Origin: a virus
Length of the DNA: 64,000 bases
Strand: one strand, 5' to 3'
IMG/VR virus record: IMGVR_UViG_3300028394_002801
Coordinates: 46,396 to 110,395 of that record
In this document: piece after piece, positions 40,624 to 50,835 of the stretch
Position numbering within the stretch: position 1 is the first letter of the stretch
Layout of the letters: each line of letters begins with the position of its first letter
The notes under the pieces: generated by a model
What the model was told of the DNA's origin: nothing
Database searches by the model: none
What the model saw: the letters and a program-made list of their open reading frames with translations, nothing else
Program-made: the position numbers and the translations under genes

Positions 40624-41086
40624 TGAACTATATGGCAAACCCATTCCATTTCCAGATGATATGAAACAACACTTGACAATGTGCATGAGTTCAGTTGGTT
40701 CAATCCCCCAAGATAGTGAGGGGTATAAGAGGAATAAGGAATTGCAAATGAAAAATACCATAACCTATACACAGATGAAAAGAATTAAGAATTATTTTGA
40801 TAATTATAAAGGTGATTATAAAGATTCAGAATTTATTTTAAATGGGGGGCTTAAAATGAAATATTGGGTTGACCAAACATTAAACCAAATGCGGGCAAAT
40901 ATAAAGATGACCAAAACAAATAGAGCAAATGCAGGGGAAACAAACCAATTCATTGGTGATCATGAAAAAGATGATACAAATGTTAGACCATCACAAACGC
41001 ATAAGAAAACATCAGAAAGACATGCCACATCCATTCCAAAAATAACTGAGGAAATAAACAAAATAAAAATGTTAATAAAATATTAA
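40616..41086 (+). CDS. Hypothetical protein
   Basis: ORF in an operon; C-terminal ITEEINKIK motif. Confidence 0.6.
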   Translation: MNSELYGKPIPFPDDMKQHLTMCMSSVGSIPQDSEGYKRNKELQMKNTITYTQMKRIKNYFDNYKGDYKDSEFILNGGLKMKYWVDQTLNQMRANIKMTKTNRANAGETNQFIGDHEKDDTNVRPSQTHKKTSERHATSIPKITEEINKIKMLIKY

Positions 41087-41090
41087 AACT

Positions 41091-41387
41091 ATGGGAGTTG
41101 AAACATCAATTGATTTAAGTCAAAATATTGAGAATAATTTGACCAAATATGCTGAAGAGCAAAGGGCAAAATTATTGCCAAAAAATGAATATAAGGATAC
41201 AACATTTGAATATTCACAAATAAATCCAAATGCGCTTGGTGATGGAGATGCCAAGGGTAGGGGGAATGGAGTTTTTCTTGATACCTTTACTCCAACAATT
41301 GGAACGCAACAAGATATTGTTGAACGAAAAAATGAATTGAAAATAAACAAATGGAAAAATACCAATCAATATCCAGATTTTAAATAG
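41091..41387 (+). CDS. Hypothetical protein
   Basis: ORF in an operon. Confidence 0.6.
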   Translation: MGVETSIDLSQNIENNLTKYAEEQRAKLLPKNEYKDTTFEYSQINPNALGDGDAKGRGNGVFLDTFTPTIGTQQDIVERKNELKINKWKNTNQYPDFK

Positions 41388-41389
41388 AC

Positions 41390-41791
41390 ATGAAATTAAC
41401 AACAACGTTAAAATCTTTATTAACAGAAATTGCATCAATTGAATCTATTGCATCTGCAATAAGGGGCAAACAAGTCTGCGTTATTTACTATGAAGGGGAT
41501 GAACCTGGGGGTAAAGGATTAAGACTAATTGAACCTGTTTGTCTTGGCACAACCAAGGGTGGGAATAGAGCAGTTAGGGCTTATGATATTGAGGGTGCAT
41601 CGCATACAGGATATTTGGGGAAACAAATTCTGCCTGGTTGGAGGATATTTAGATTGGATAAAATATTGTCATTAAATCCATCAGGTGAAGTATTTACAAA
41701 TCCAAGAGAAGGATTTAATGTTAATGGGGATAAAACTTTCAGAGGTGGTGTATGCCTAGTGAAAGCAGAATTTAATACAGAAACAACATAA
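41390..41791 (+). CDS. Stand-alone WYL-domain protein
   Basis: IYYEG...RLIEPVCLG...RAYD...GWRIFRLDKI. Confidence 0.75.
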   Translation: MKLTTTLKSLLTEIASIESIASAIRGKQVCVIYYEGDEPGGKGLRLIEPVCLGTTKGGNRAVRAYDIEGASHTGYLGKQILPGWRIFRLDKILSLNPSGEVFTNPREGFNVNGDKTFRGGVCLVKAEFNTETT

Positions 41792-41794
41792 TAT

Positions 41795-42370
41795 ATGGAA
41801 AGCAATTTAATGCAAAAACTAGTAAAATCCAAAGCAATAATGGATAAGCACAATACAATGGGTAGGGGAAATGCATCACCTATGCCACCAATGGAGGGTC
41901 AAAATTTTGACATCCCAAATGCAAGGTATAATATTCCTGATGATATTTTGGCTGAAAATGAAATGACAGCGCCTGTTATGCCAATGAGAGTGCCAGAAAC
42001 ACCATCAACAGAAGCCATTAAGAAATCAAAACTTCCAGATGAGATTAAAAGGATTATGATTGAACACCCAATTGCACAATCAGCACCACAAAGTTCAATA
42101 AATATTTTATCTGATAGCATGATTGCAAAGGCAACTCAATTGATGGGCAATAAACCAAAGCAAACTATGGTTGAACAAAAGCAAATAATAAATGCTCCAA
42201 TAGATGCAGAATACATTAAAAAAATTGTAAAAGAAACAGTTAAATCCACAATTAAAGAAATGGGTCTAATAACTGAAAGCACAGAGAAATCAGATGAGTT
42301 CTTCCAGTTTAGAGTTGGTTCACATATTTTTGAAGGGAAAATACAAAAGATTAAAAAAATTAAGAGTTAA
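41795..42370 (+). CDS. Hypothetical protein
   Basis: ORF ending the operon before a terminator. Confidence 0.6.
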   Translation: MESNLMQKLVKSKAIMDKHNTMGRGNASPMPPMEGQNFDIPNARYNIPDDILAENEMTAPVMPMRVPETPSTEAIKKSKLPDEIKRIMIEHPIAQSAPQSSINILSDSMIAKATQLMGNKPKQTMVEQKQIINAPIDAEYIKKIVKETVKSTIKEMGLITESTEKSDEFFQFRVGSHIFEGKIQKIKKIKS

Positions 42371-42392
42371 TTAACTAATTTTTTTTATTCTT

Positions 42393-42432
42393 AAAAAGCA
42401 ATATGCAATTTCTGCATATTGCTTTTTTTTTT
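42393..42432 (+). terminator. Intrinsic terminator
   Basis: aaaaagcaatatgca-atttc-tgcatattgcttttttttt. Confidence 0.85.
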
Positions 42433-42468
42433 AATTTTATATACTATAATTAAATATAAAATATAAAA

Positions 42469-43689
42469 ATGAGTAAAAAGATAAAAGTATTAGTTATACC
42501 ATCTGATAGGTCAGGTGTTTCTAAATTCCGGTCTATTGACCCCCACCTTTTCCTACAATCAGAATACCCTGTTGATTTTCATGTGGATATTAATTACGAG
42601 CCACCAATGGATGATATGAATTTCTGGAAGGATTATGAAATTGTTGCATTCCATAGAAGTATTGGGCATGATTTTGATAAGGCAAAGAATCTTATACTTA
42701 CATTAAATAAAATGGGTATTATCACAGTTTGTGATATTGATGACTATTGGATGCCAACAAAAGACCATCCAATACATGAGATTATAAAAATCCATAAGAT
42801 AAATGAAAAGATTATTGAAAATTTAAAGGCGGCAACTTATGTAACTACAACAACAAGGATATATGCAGATTTGATAAGAAAGTATAATAAGAATGTTTTT
42901 GTTTTTCCAAATGCAATCAATCCAAAGGAAGCACAATTTAATGAACCAACATTGGAATCTGATAGGGTTAGAGTTGGTTGGTTAGGTGGATCAAGTCATT
43001 TGGCGGATCTTAATTTATTGGACAAATCATTTAGTTCATTAACAAAATATTCAAATAAATTACAATTTGTATTATGTGGATTTGATACTAGGGGTTCTGT
43101 TACTGAAATAAATGCTGATACAAAAGAACAAAAAAAGAGAAACATAAAACCAGAAGAAACTGTATGGGCAAGGTATGAGGAAATATTTACCCAAAAATAT
43201 TCCATAATAAGTGAGGATTATAAGAAATATTTGCTTAAATTTGTGCAAGAACCTTATGATAATGAAAATAATGAGGCTTATGTTAGAGCATGGACAAAAC
43301 CCGTTACAACATATGCAAAGAATTATTCAAAATTTGACATATCTTTGGCACCAATAAAGAATCATATTTTTAATGAAATGAAGTCCCAATTAAAAGTAAT
43401 TGAGGCTGGCTTTTATAAAAAAGCAATAATTGCTTCAAACTTTGGCCCTTATACTATTGATTTGAAACATGGATTAGATAAAGGCACTTTTGTAAAGGGA
43501 GGAAATGCTTTGCTTGTTGATTCTGATAGGAATGGGGTTGATTGGGCAAAGTATATTGAAAAGTTAATGAAAAATCCCAACCTGGTAAAAGACCTTGGAG
43601 AAAACTTATATGAAACAGTAAAGGATACATATTCATTAATTACTGTAACAAAAAATAGAGCAGCATTTTATAAGTCACTAATTAAATAA
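42469..43689 (+). CDS. GT-B (GT4-like) glycosyltransferase
   Basis: DIDDYW, FPNAI, VGWLGGSSHLADL, DISLAP..FNEMKSQLKVIEAG. Confidence 0.82.
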   Translation: MSKKIKVLVIPSDRSGVSKFRSIDPHLFLQSEYPVDFHVDINYEPPMDDMNFWKDYEIVAFHRSIGHDFDKAKNLILTLNKMGIITVCDIDDYWMPTKDHPIHEIIKIHKINEKIIENLKAATYVTTTTRIYADLIRKYNKNVFVFPNAINPKEAQFNEPTLESDRVRVGWLGGSSHLADLNLLDKSFSSLTKYSNKLQFVLCGFDTRGSVTEINADTKEQKKRNIKPEETVWARYEEIFTQKYSIISEDYKKYLLKFVQEPYDNENNEAYVRAWTKPVTTYAKNYSKFDISLAPIKNHIFNEMKSQLKVIEAGFYKKAIIASNFGPYTIDLKHGLDKGTFVKGGNALLVDSDRNGVDWAKYIEKLMKNPNLVKDLGENLYETVKDTYSLITVTKNRAAFYKSLIK

Positions 43690-43696
43690 CTACAAC

Positions 43697-44398
43697 ATGA
43701 TAAATGTACCTTTAAACAAAATTTTATTCCTTGACATCGAAACTGTTGGTTGTGAAGCCAGTTTTGATGCTTTAAAAACAAACAAACCTGAATTAGCCTT
43801 TCAGTTTGAAAATTATTATGATTGGTTTGAAAAAAGATTTCCAGAGGATGGTGCAGATGGTTTTGATTCTATGTTTCATAATCGTTCAGCCCTTGTTCCT
43901 GAATTCCTAAAAATTGCTTGTGTTTCTCTGGCATTTGTTAATGATGATGGGACAATTAAAATGCAATCATTTTCTGGAAAGGACGAATTGGACATTCTTA
44001 AAAAAACCCAAAAAGTTTTGCAAAAAGTAGGTTCTCTAAATTATTTCCTTTGTGGGCATAATGTTAAGGGATTTGATATCCCAGTATTGGCAAAAAGAAT
44101 GATGATTAATGGATTGCTACCACCAAAGATTCTACCAAGTTTTGATACAAAGCCTTGGGAAGTTAAAGCAATTGATACAAAAGATATTTGGCAGTATGGG
44201 CAATTTGGTTCAATTGCATCGTTGGAATTGATGTGCGTTAGTCTTGGTATAGAATCATCAAAGAATATGGATGTTACCGGTAATAAGGTGCATGATGCAT
44301 ATTGGAATGATGATAATATTGATGGGATTACCAAGTATTGTGAGAGAGATGTTGAAGTATTAATTGATGTCATTAAAAAATTAATTGAATTAAAATGA
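43697..44398 (+). CDS. Stand-alone PolB-like 3'-5' exonuclease (DEDDy)
   Basis: FLDIETV, GHNVKGFDIP, YCERDV. Confidence 0.85.
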   Translation: MINVPLNKILFLDIETVGCEASFDALKTNKPELAFQFENYYDWFEKRFPEDGADGFDSMFHNRSALVPEFLKIACVSLAFVNDDGTIKMQSFSGKDELDILKKTQKVLQKVGSLNYFLCGHNVKGFDIPVLAKRMMINGLLPPKILPSFDTKPWEVKAIDTKDIWQYGQFGSIASLELMCVSLGIESSKNMDVTGNKVHDAYWNDDNIDGITKYCERDVEVLIDVIKKLIELK

Positions 44399-44784
44399 GA
44401 ATTTGGGTAAATGGTTGCTTTGACGTATTGCATATTGGGCATATATCATTACTTGAATATGCCAAAACACTTGGACATGTACTTGTTGGTATTGACTCTG
44501 ATGAAAGGGTTAAACAATTAAAAGGTGATGATAGGCCAATAAATTCTGTTGATGATAGGATTAAGATGTTAAAATCTTTGAAATTTGTGGATGATGTTTG
44601 TGTGTTTGACACAGATACAGAGTTAAACGACATTTTATACCTATACCAACCAGATGTTATTGTGATTGGTGATGAATATAAGTCAAAGACTATAATTGGT
44701 TCAGAACATGCAAAAAGAATTGATTTTTTTGAAAAAAAGTATGATATTAGTACAACTAAAATTTTAAATAATAAAAACAAATAA
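44395..44784 (+). CDS. Cytidylyl/adenylyltransferase (RfaE domain II/TagD-like)
   Basis: NGCFDVLHIGH, VGIDSD, KGDDRPIN, ISTTKI. Confidence 0.88.
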   Translation: MRIWVNGCFDVLHIGHISLLEYAKTLGHVLVGIDSDERVKQLKGDDRPINSVDDRIKMLKSLKFVDDVCVFDTDTELNDILYLYQPDVIVIGDEYKSKTIIGSEHAKRIDFFEKKYDISTTKILNNKNK

Positions 44785-44785
44785 A

Positions 44786-45400
44786 ATGGAAATTAGAGAA
44801 GATTATAGCCAAGAAGAGCTAGAAAACCTAAAGCAATATCTTGATAATACAGATGATGATCAAGATATTGATGATGCAGATATGCAAACATTCATTCAAA
44901 ATATGTTTGGAATGTCAATGGAAGAGTATTCTGGTGCTATTGAGGATGCAATGAAATCCAAAACACTTGGTTATAAGAAAGTTTCACCTGATGCAGTTGA
45001 TCCTAAATATAACTATGAGAAAGATTCAGGATTTGATTTGCACTCCATTGAAGACCTTACCTTACCTGGCTTGTCAAGGGCTATGGTTGGCACAGGATTG
45101 TCTTTTGACATCCCTGATGGATATGAGATACAAATTAGGCCAAAGAGTGGTTTAGCAATCAATTATGGGATTACAGTTTTAAACACACCCTCCACAATTG
45201 ATGGTGGATATACTGGGGAAGTTAAGGTAATTCTTGTTAATACATCAAGAGAAACTTACAAGGTTAAAAAAGGTATGAAGATTGCACAAGCTGTATTATG
45301 TCCAGTACAGCAAGGCAAATATGTTAATTTTGAAAATTTGGATGAATTACCCCAAACAGATAGGGGGGATAATGGTTTTGGTTCAACAGGACTTATTTAA
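44786..45400 (+). CDS. dut: Trimeric dUTPase with acidic N-terminal extension
   Basis: SGFDL, RPKSGLA, TIDGGYTGE, KIAQAV, RGDNGFGSTG. Confidence 0.93.
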   Translation: MEIREDYSQEELENLKQYLDNTDDDQDIDDADMQTFIQNMFGMSMEEYSGAIEDAMKSKTLGYKKVSPDAVDPKYNYEKDSGFDLHSIEDLTLPGLSRAMVGTGLSFDIPDGYEIQIRPKSGLAINYGITVLNTPSTIDGGYTGEVKVILVNTSRETYKVKKGMKIAQAVLCPVQQGKYVNFENLDELPQTDRGDNGFGSTGLI

Positions 45401-45411
45401 TACAAAAAAAT

Positions 45412-47046
45412 ATGATAACAATAGGATTTTCAACAAGAAAGAGCAATCCAGCATTTATTGAGCAAATTAAGAAAACAGTTGGCCCAAAAACTGTAGAGAT
45501 AATTGAGGTTATTAATAATGGTGAAAAATCACTATCAAAAGTTTATAATGAGATATTAGGTCAAGCAAAGAACAACATTGTTGTTTTTTGCCATGATGAT
45601 ATCATATTTGAAGATAAAGGTTGGGGTAATAAATTAATTAAGCACTTTGATAAAACTAATTTTGGTATATTGGGTGTTGCTGGCACAACTAGTATGCCAT
45701 CATCTGGTATGTGGTGGGAGGAAAGAAATAAGATGCTTGGTATTGTTAATCATAAGCATGAGGGTAAACAATGGGAATCCAAGTATTCTACCTCATTAGG
45801 TAATGAAGCAGAACAGGTTGTAATTGTTGATGGTTTGTTTATGGCAATTCATAAAGATAGGATTAAGAGCAATTTTATTGAAGATTTTGATGGATTCCAT
45901 TTCTATGATATTGCATTTTGTTTTGAAAATTATATTAAAGGGGTTGATATTGGTGTTATATATAACATAAAAATAACTCATTTGTCAATTGGACAAACAA
46001 ATGAAAAATGGGAAGAAAATAAAATTAAATTTGCTGAAAAATATGCAGATAACTTACCCGTTAAATTACCCCATAATGGAAAAAGGAAATTAAATGTTTT
46101 AATATCTTGCTTATTTTTTAAAAACTTCACAGGATCCGAATTATATGTGTATGAGTTAGCAAGAAATTTATTAAATGAAAACTGTAATGTTACTGTTGTT
46201 TCAGATATAAATGGGCCATTAGCCAATATGGCAACAAACTTGGGTATTAATGTTTGTTCCATAAATGAACCACCTGGTTTTAAATTGGGTGATGGTAAGT
46301 GGGGGTTTGATACAGATAAAGGTTTTGAAACTTCAAAAGAAAATATGTTGTATAAAGTAAATGAAGTCAATTATGATGTAATCCACACACAACATAAACC
46401 AATAACTGAAGCAATTTGCAACTTATATCCAGATGTCCCTAAATTATATACAATTCATTCTGAAGTAATTTCAGAAGAACAACCTATTCTTCATCCATCA
46501 ATAAAGAAATATGTGGCAATCAGACCTAGCATAGCAGATTATATTGAGAATGATTTTAGAGTTCCATCTGAAGATATTGTTGTGGTTAGAAATCCAATTG
46601 ATGAAAAAAGATTTAATAAAATCAAAACAAAGAATGAGAACTATGTCTTATTTGTTGGCACAATTGATTATTTAAGGAAAAATGCTATAATGGATTTGTC
46701 AACGTATGCAAAAGAAAACAATTTGGAATTGTGGTTGGTTGGAGCAAATTCATCAACATATTTGGGAGAATTATTAAAAGAAAATCATATAAAACACTTT
46801 AACGCAACTTGGAATGTTGAAAAGTTTGTAAAAAATTGCAAAGAAACTGCTGGTATTATGTTGGGAAGAACAACAATTGAAGGCTGGATGTGTGGTAAAG
46901 GTGGTTGGATATATGAGGTTGATAGTAATGGGAATATTGTTAAAAAAGAATTTCATAACCCCCCAACTGATAATGAGTTGCAAGATTCTTATTTTGCGTC
47001 AACTGTTGCTAAAAAAATAAAAACTGAATATATTAATATTCTATAA
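45412..47046 (+). CDS. Bifunctional glycosyltransferase (GT2-like + GT-B)
   Basis: VFCHDDI...VDGLFMA..FHFYD (GT-A); TGSELYVYELA...HSE...GRTTIEG (GT-B). Confidence 0.78.
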   Translation: MITIGFSTRKSNPAFIEQIKKTVGPKTVEIIEVINNGEKSLSKVYNEILGQAKNNIVVFCHDDIIFEDKGWGNKLIKHFDKTNFGILGVAGTTSMPSSGMWWEERNKMLGIVNHKHEGKQWESKYSTSLGNEAEQVVIVDGLFMAIHKDRIKSNFIEDFDGFHFYDIAFCFENYIKGVDIGVIYNIKITHLSIGQTNEKWEENKIKFAEKYADNLPVKLPHNGKRKLNVLISCLFFKNFTGSELYVYELARNLLNENCNVTVVSDINGPLANMATNLGINVCSINEPPGFKLGDGKWGFDTDKGFETSKENMLYKVNEVNYDVIHTQHKPITEAICNLYPDVPKLYTIHSEVISEEQPILHPSIKKYVAIRPSIADYIENDFRVPSEDIVVVRNPIDEKRFNKIKTKNENYVLFVGTIDYLRKNAIMDLSTYAKENNLELWLVGANSSTYLGELLKENHIKHFNATWNVEKFVKNCKETAGIMLGRTTIEGWMCGKGGWIYEVDSNGNIVKKEFHNPPTDNELQDSYFASTVAKKIKTEYINIL

Positions 47047-47069
47047 TATAAATTACTAAAGATTTTAAA

Positions 47070-47693
47070 ATGAAATTATTTGATAGATTTGATAAAGTGT
47101 ATTGTATTAATTTAGAGCATAGAGAAGATAGGAAGAATCATATTTTATCTGAATGTAATAAATATGATTTAGGTGAAGTTTCTTTTTTTAACGCATTTAA
47201 TGGTAATAATCTTTCAAACCCATATAAAATATCTAATGGTAATTTTGGATTGATATTAACAAATATTGAAATTATTAAGGAGGCAAAAAATAATAATTAC
47301 AAAAATATTCTAATACTTGAAGATGATTGTTATTTTACTAGTGAAGTGTTAAATATAAATACATACTTTGATGCTTTACCAGATGATTGGGATATGCTTT
47401 ATTTAGGGGGTAATCATAATACACATATTGGGAATTCACCCCCTATAGTAATAAATGAAAAAATTGTAAAATTACATAGCACACTCACAACTCACTTTGT
47501 TGCTATAAATAATCACATGTATGATGTTATATTAGCAAGGTTATCAAAATTTGATAATCCAATTGATGTTGTGTATACTGGAATACAAAAACTATACAAT
47601 GTATATTCTACATCTAATACAATAGCTAAACAACTTAATGGGTATAGTGATATTGAAAATAGAGTTGTTGATTATAGTCAACTCATAAAATAA
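47070..47693 (+). CDS. GT25-family glycosyltransferase
   Basis: YCINLEHREDR, ILILEDD, DWDMLYLG. Confidence 0.85.
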   Translation: MKLFDRFDKVYCINLEHREDRKNHILSECNKYDLGEVSFFNAFNGNNLSNPYKISNGNFGLILTNIEIIKEAKNNNYKNILILEDDCYFTSEVLNINTYFDALPDDWDMLYLGGNHNTHIGNSPPIVINEKIVKLHSTLTTHFVAINNHMYDVILARLSKFDNPIDVVYTGIQKLYNVYSTSNTIAKQLNGYSDIENRVVDYSQLIK

Positions 47694-47696
47694 TTT

Positions 47697-48485
47697 ATGA
47701 ATTACATTACAACAAATCATAGAGGGGGGATTGGGAATGTTATGTTTAAACTTGCGGCATCAGTAAGTTTAGCTATGGATAATAAGGTTGAGCATATTTT
47801 TTCAAAGGAGTTTATTAGACCTATTGACCCTAACTACCCAACATATTATAGTAATATTTTAAGAGGGTTTAAGTTTATTGAAAACCTGCCACCAAAATAT
47901 CATATATATAATGAACCTAAATTTTCATATACAGACATACCTTATATTGAAGGAACCAACTTACTATTAGATGGATACTTTCAAAGTGAAAATTATTTTA
48001 TTAGAAATAAAGAAACAATCATTAACTTATTTAAACCAACTAATGAAATAAAAGAAAGTATAATAAAGGACATTCTAGGTATTCAAAATTATATATCAAT
48101 ACATGTTAGAAGGGGAGATTTTCTAAACTACCCAAATCATCACCCCCAACAATCATTAGAATATTATAAAAAAGCAATAGATAACTTTGGTGTTGATAGA
48201 ACTTATATAATATTTAGTGATGATTTAGAGGGTGTTAAGGATATGTTTAATTTTCTACCAAACAAAATATTCTACACTTCTAGTCAAGATTGGTTAGATT
48301 TATACATAATGAGTTTGTGTGAGCATAATATTATATGTAATAGCACTTTTAGTTGGTGGGGTGCTTACTTAAATGAAAACCCAAACAAAGTGGTTATTGC
48401 ACCAAAAAAATGGTTTGGATTAGCATATACACACTATGATACATCAACTTTAATACCAAAAGACTGGTTAATATTAAATGAGTAA
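47697..48485 (+). CDS. GT11 alpha-1,2-fucosyltransferase-like
   Basis: GGIGNVMF, GYFQSE, SIHVRRGD, IFSDD, NSTFSWWGAYL. Confidence 0.9.
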   Translation: MNYITTNHRGGIGNVMFKLAASVSLAMDNKVEHIFSKEFIRPIDPNYPTYYSNILRGFKFIENLPPKYHIYNEPKFSYTDIPYIEGTNLLLDGYFQSENYFIRNKETIINLFKPTNEIKESIIKDILGIQNYISIHVRRGDFLNYPNHHPQQSLEYYKKAIDNFGVDRTYIIFSDDLEGVKDMFNFLPNKIFYTSSQDWLDLYIMSLCEHNIICNSTFSWWGAYLNENPNKVVIAPKKWFGLAYTHYDTSTLIPKDWLILNE

Positions 48486-48487
48486 AT

Positions 48488-48898
48488 ATGAATAAAATTT
48501 TTTCAAAAGTAGAAGAAGGTAAATTGTTGCATATCATCAATAGATTTGATGAAATAAGTGGTAGGAATGAAATTGTGCCAGAAGATAATTTCATCCAATG
48601 TGCAACCCTAAAAATGCCAAAAGGTAAAACATTTCCACCACATAAACATATAACAAAAGAAAGGCATTACCTTGAACAAATTGCACAAGAATCTTGGGTT
48701 GTAATAAAAGGTAGTGTTAAGTGTTTCTTTTATGATATTGATGATACAATTATAGCAACAGAAGTATTAAATTTTGGTGATGCTAGTTTTACATTATATG
48801 GAGGACATACTTATGAAATATTGGAAGATGATACAATTGTGTATGAATATAAAACTGGACCTTATGAGGGGCAAAAACTTGATAAAACATTCATATAA
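48488..48898 (+). CDS. Cupin-fold protein (WbuC-like)
   Basis: PHKH...ESWVV..G...GGHTY...EYKTGPY. Confidence 0.65.
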   Translation: MNKIFSKVEEGKLLHIINRFDEISGRNEIVPEDNFIQCATLKMPKGKTFPPHKHITKERHYLEQIAQESWVVIKGSVKCFFYDIDDTIIATEVLNFGDASFTLYGGHTYEILEDDTIVYEYKTGPYEGQKLDKTFI

Positions 48899-49431
48899 TG
48901 AATCAAAAATATAAATCAATAGGTGAGGATGTTTTTATACATAAAGATGCCATAATAAAGCATCCAAATTTATGTAGTATAGGTAATCATGTTGCAATTG
49001 ATAATGGGGCTTTTTCAACTCAATTAGAAATAGGGGATTATGTTCATATTTCACCATATGTTTGCACAATTGGTGGTAAAACAACAAAAGTCACATTTGA
49101 AGATTTTTCATTTGTTGCTGCTGGAACTAAAATAGTAACAGGTAGTGAAGATTACACTGGTGGAGGGTTAGTTGGTCCAACTATACCAATAGAATATAGA
49201 AAACTAATATTTAATAATGTTATTTTCAAAAGATTTTCTGGATGTGGTGTTAATTGTTCTATTATGCCTGGTGTAACTTTTGGTGAGGGTGCTATTTTGG
49301 GTGCTAATTCATTGGCAACAAAAGATTTAGAACCTTGGACAATTTATGTTGGTTCGCCAGCAAAGCCAGTAAAAATGAGAGATAAAGATATTGTTTTGAA
49401 ATATGCAAAAGAACTTGGGTATGAATGGTGA
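48898..49431 (+). CDS. Hexapeptide-repeat sugar O/N-acyltransferase
   Basis: IGDYVHI...PGVTFGEGAILGANS...IYVGSPAKP. Confidence 0.85.
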   Translation: MNQKYKSIGEDVFIHKDAIIKHPNLCSIGNHVAIDNGAFSTQLEIGDYVHISPYVCTIGGKTTKVTFEDFSFVAAGTKIVTGSEDYTGGGLVGPTIPIEYRKLIFNNVIFKRFSGCGVNCSIMPGVTFGEGAILGANSLATKDLEPWTIYVGSPAKPVKMRDKDIVLKYAKELGYEW

Positions 49432-50230
49432 TAAGATAAAAATAAATATGATTGGTGGGGGTTTTCAGCATTCAATATCATCAGGTGATTTAGAACCAAA
49501 ATATGTTGAATGGGTTAAACACACTCAAGCGGCACCAATTTCTTTTCATATTGATTATGCTATATTAGCTGATGTAAACCCAGCAAAAAAAAACTATGGG
49601 TGGCTTTCTGAATCAAAAACAATTATTGGAGATGTATATGATTGGGCAAAAAAAAATACAGACAATTTAAAATCCAAATTCATAAAAGTATTCACACATG
49701 ATGTTGAATTAGCTAACACATCTAGTATATTCCAGCTAACCCAAACAGGAGGTAGGTCTCGTATGGAATTTGGGGATATATATCCAAAAACAAAATTGGT
49801 TTCAATGATTGCATCCAATAAGGTATTGTGTGAAGAACACGTATTTAGACAAAATGTTATAAAAAAATATAAAGGAAAATGTGATCATTTTGGTAGAGGG
49901 TTTAATGAAATTGCAGATAAGAAAGATGGTTTAAAAGATTATTGCTTTTCATTTGCACTAGAAAATGGAACATATCCAAATATGTATAGTGAAAAAATAA
50001 CAGATTGTTTTATGACCGGAACAATACCAATATATTATGGTATTGATAATATTGGTGATTATTTTAATACTGATGGTATAATTAGATTAACAGATGACTT
50101 TAAAGTTGAAGATTTGTCTTTTGATTTATATCATAGTAAACTAGACGCAATTAAAGATAATTTTGAAAGGGGTTTAAATATTTTACTATCTGAAGATTTT
50201 ATCTATATTAATTTTATTAAAAATAAATAA
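49421..50230 (+). CDS. GT10-like (alpha-1,3-fucosyltransferase-type) glycosyltransferase
   Basis: SMIASNK...YCFSFALEN..YSEKITDCF.TGTIPIYYG. Confidence 0.78.
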   Translation: MNGDKIKINMIGGGFQHSISSGDLEPKYVEWVKHTQAAPISFHIDYAILADVNPAKKNYGWLSESKTIIGDVYDWAKKNTDNLKSKFIKVFTHDVELANTSSIFQLTQTGGRSRMEFGDIYPKTKLVSMIASNKVLCEEHVFRQNVIKKYKGKCDHFGRGFNEIADKKDGLKDYCFSFALENGTYPNMYSEKITDCFMTGTIPIYYGIDNIGDYFNTDGIIRLTDDFKVEDLSFDLYHSKLDAIKDNFERGLNILLSEDFIYINFIKNK

Positions 50231-50232
50231 AT

Positions 50233-50835
50233 ATGTCATTTGAATTAATAACAACATTTGAAAAAAGACTATCCAATTTTTTTGGCTCAAAGCACGCAAT
50301 ATGTGTTGACTCTTGTACACATGGTCTTGAATTAGTTTTAAGGTATAGAAATGAAAAAAAAATAATAGTCCCAAAAAGAACTTATTTGTCTGTACCATTT
50401 TTGGCTAATAAATTAAATATTGAGAGGGAGTGGAAAGATGAAAATTGGGAAGATTTTTATGCACTTAATGATGGAGATAGAAAAATAATAGATGCTGCTG
50501 TTTTATGGGAAGAAAATAGTTATATACCTAATACATTTATGTGTATAAGTTTCCAATACCAAAAACATTTATCATTAGGAAGGGGCGGTGTCATTTTATT
50601 AGACAATGATGATGATGCTTTAATTTTAAAAAAAATGTCTTATGATGGAAGACTTCCAAATTTGCCTTGGAGAGAACAAAATATAGATTGTGTTGGGTAT
50701 CATTATTATATGACCCCAGAGACAGCTAAATTAGGTTTGGATAAAATAGATGATGCAATAAAAAATAAACCAAAAAAATGGAAGGTCAGTGATTGGCCTG
50801 ATTTAACAGAAATGAAAATATTTAAAAATGAATAA
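50233..50835 (+). CDS. Short DegT/DnrJ-type PLP-dependent sugar aminotransferase
   Basis: FEKRLSNFFG...SCTHGL...DAA...SFQYQKHLSLGRGG...GYHYYM; only 200 aa. Confidence 0.75.
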   Translation: MSFELITTFEKRLSNFFGSKHAICVDSCTHGLELVLRYRNEKKIIVPKRTYLSVPFLANKLNIEREWKDENWEDFYALNDGDRKIIDAAVLWEENSYIPNTFMCISFQYQKHLSLGRGGVILLDNDDDALILKKMSYDGRLPNLPWREQNIDCVGYHYYMTPETAKLGLDKIDDAIKNKPKKWKVSDWPDLTEMKIFKNE

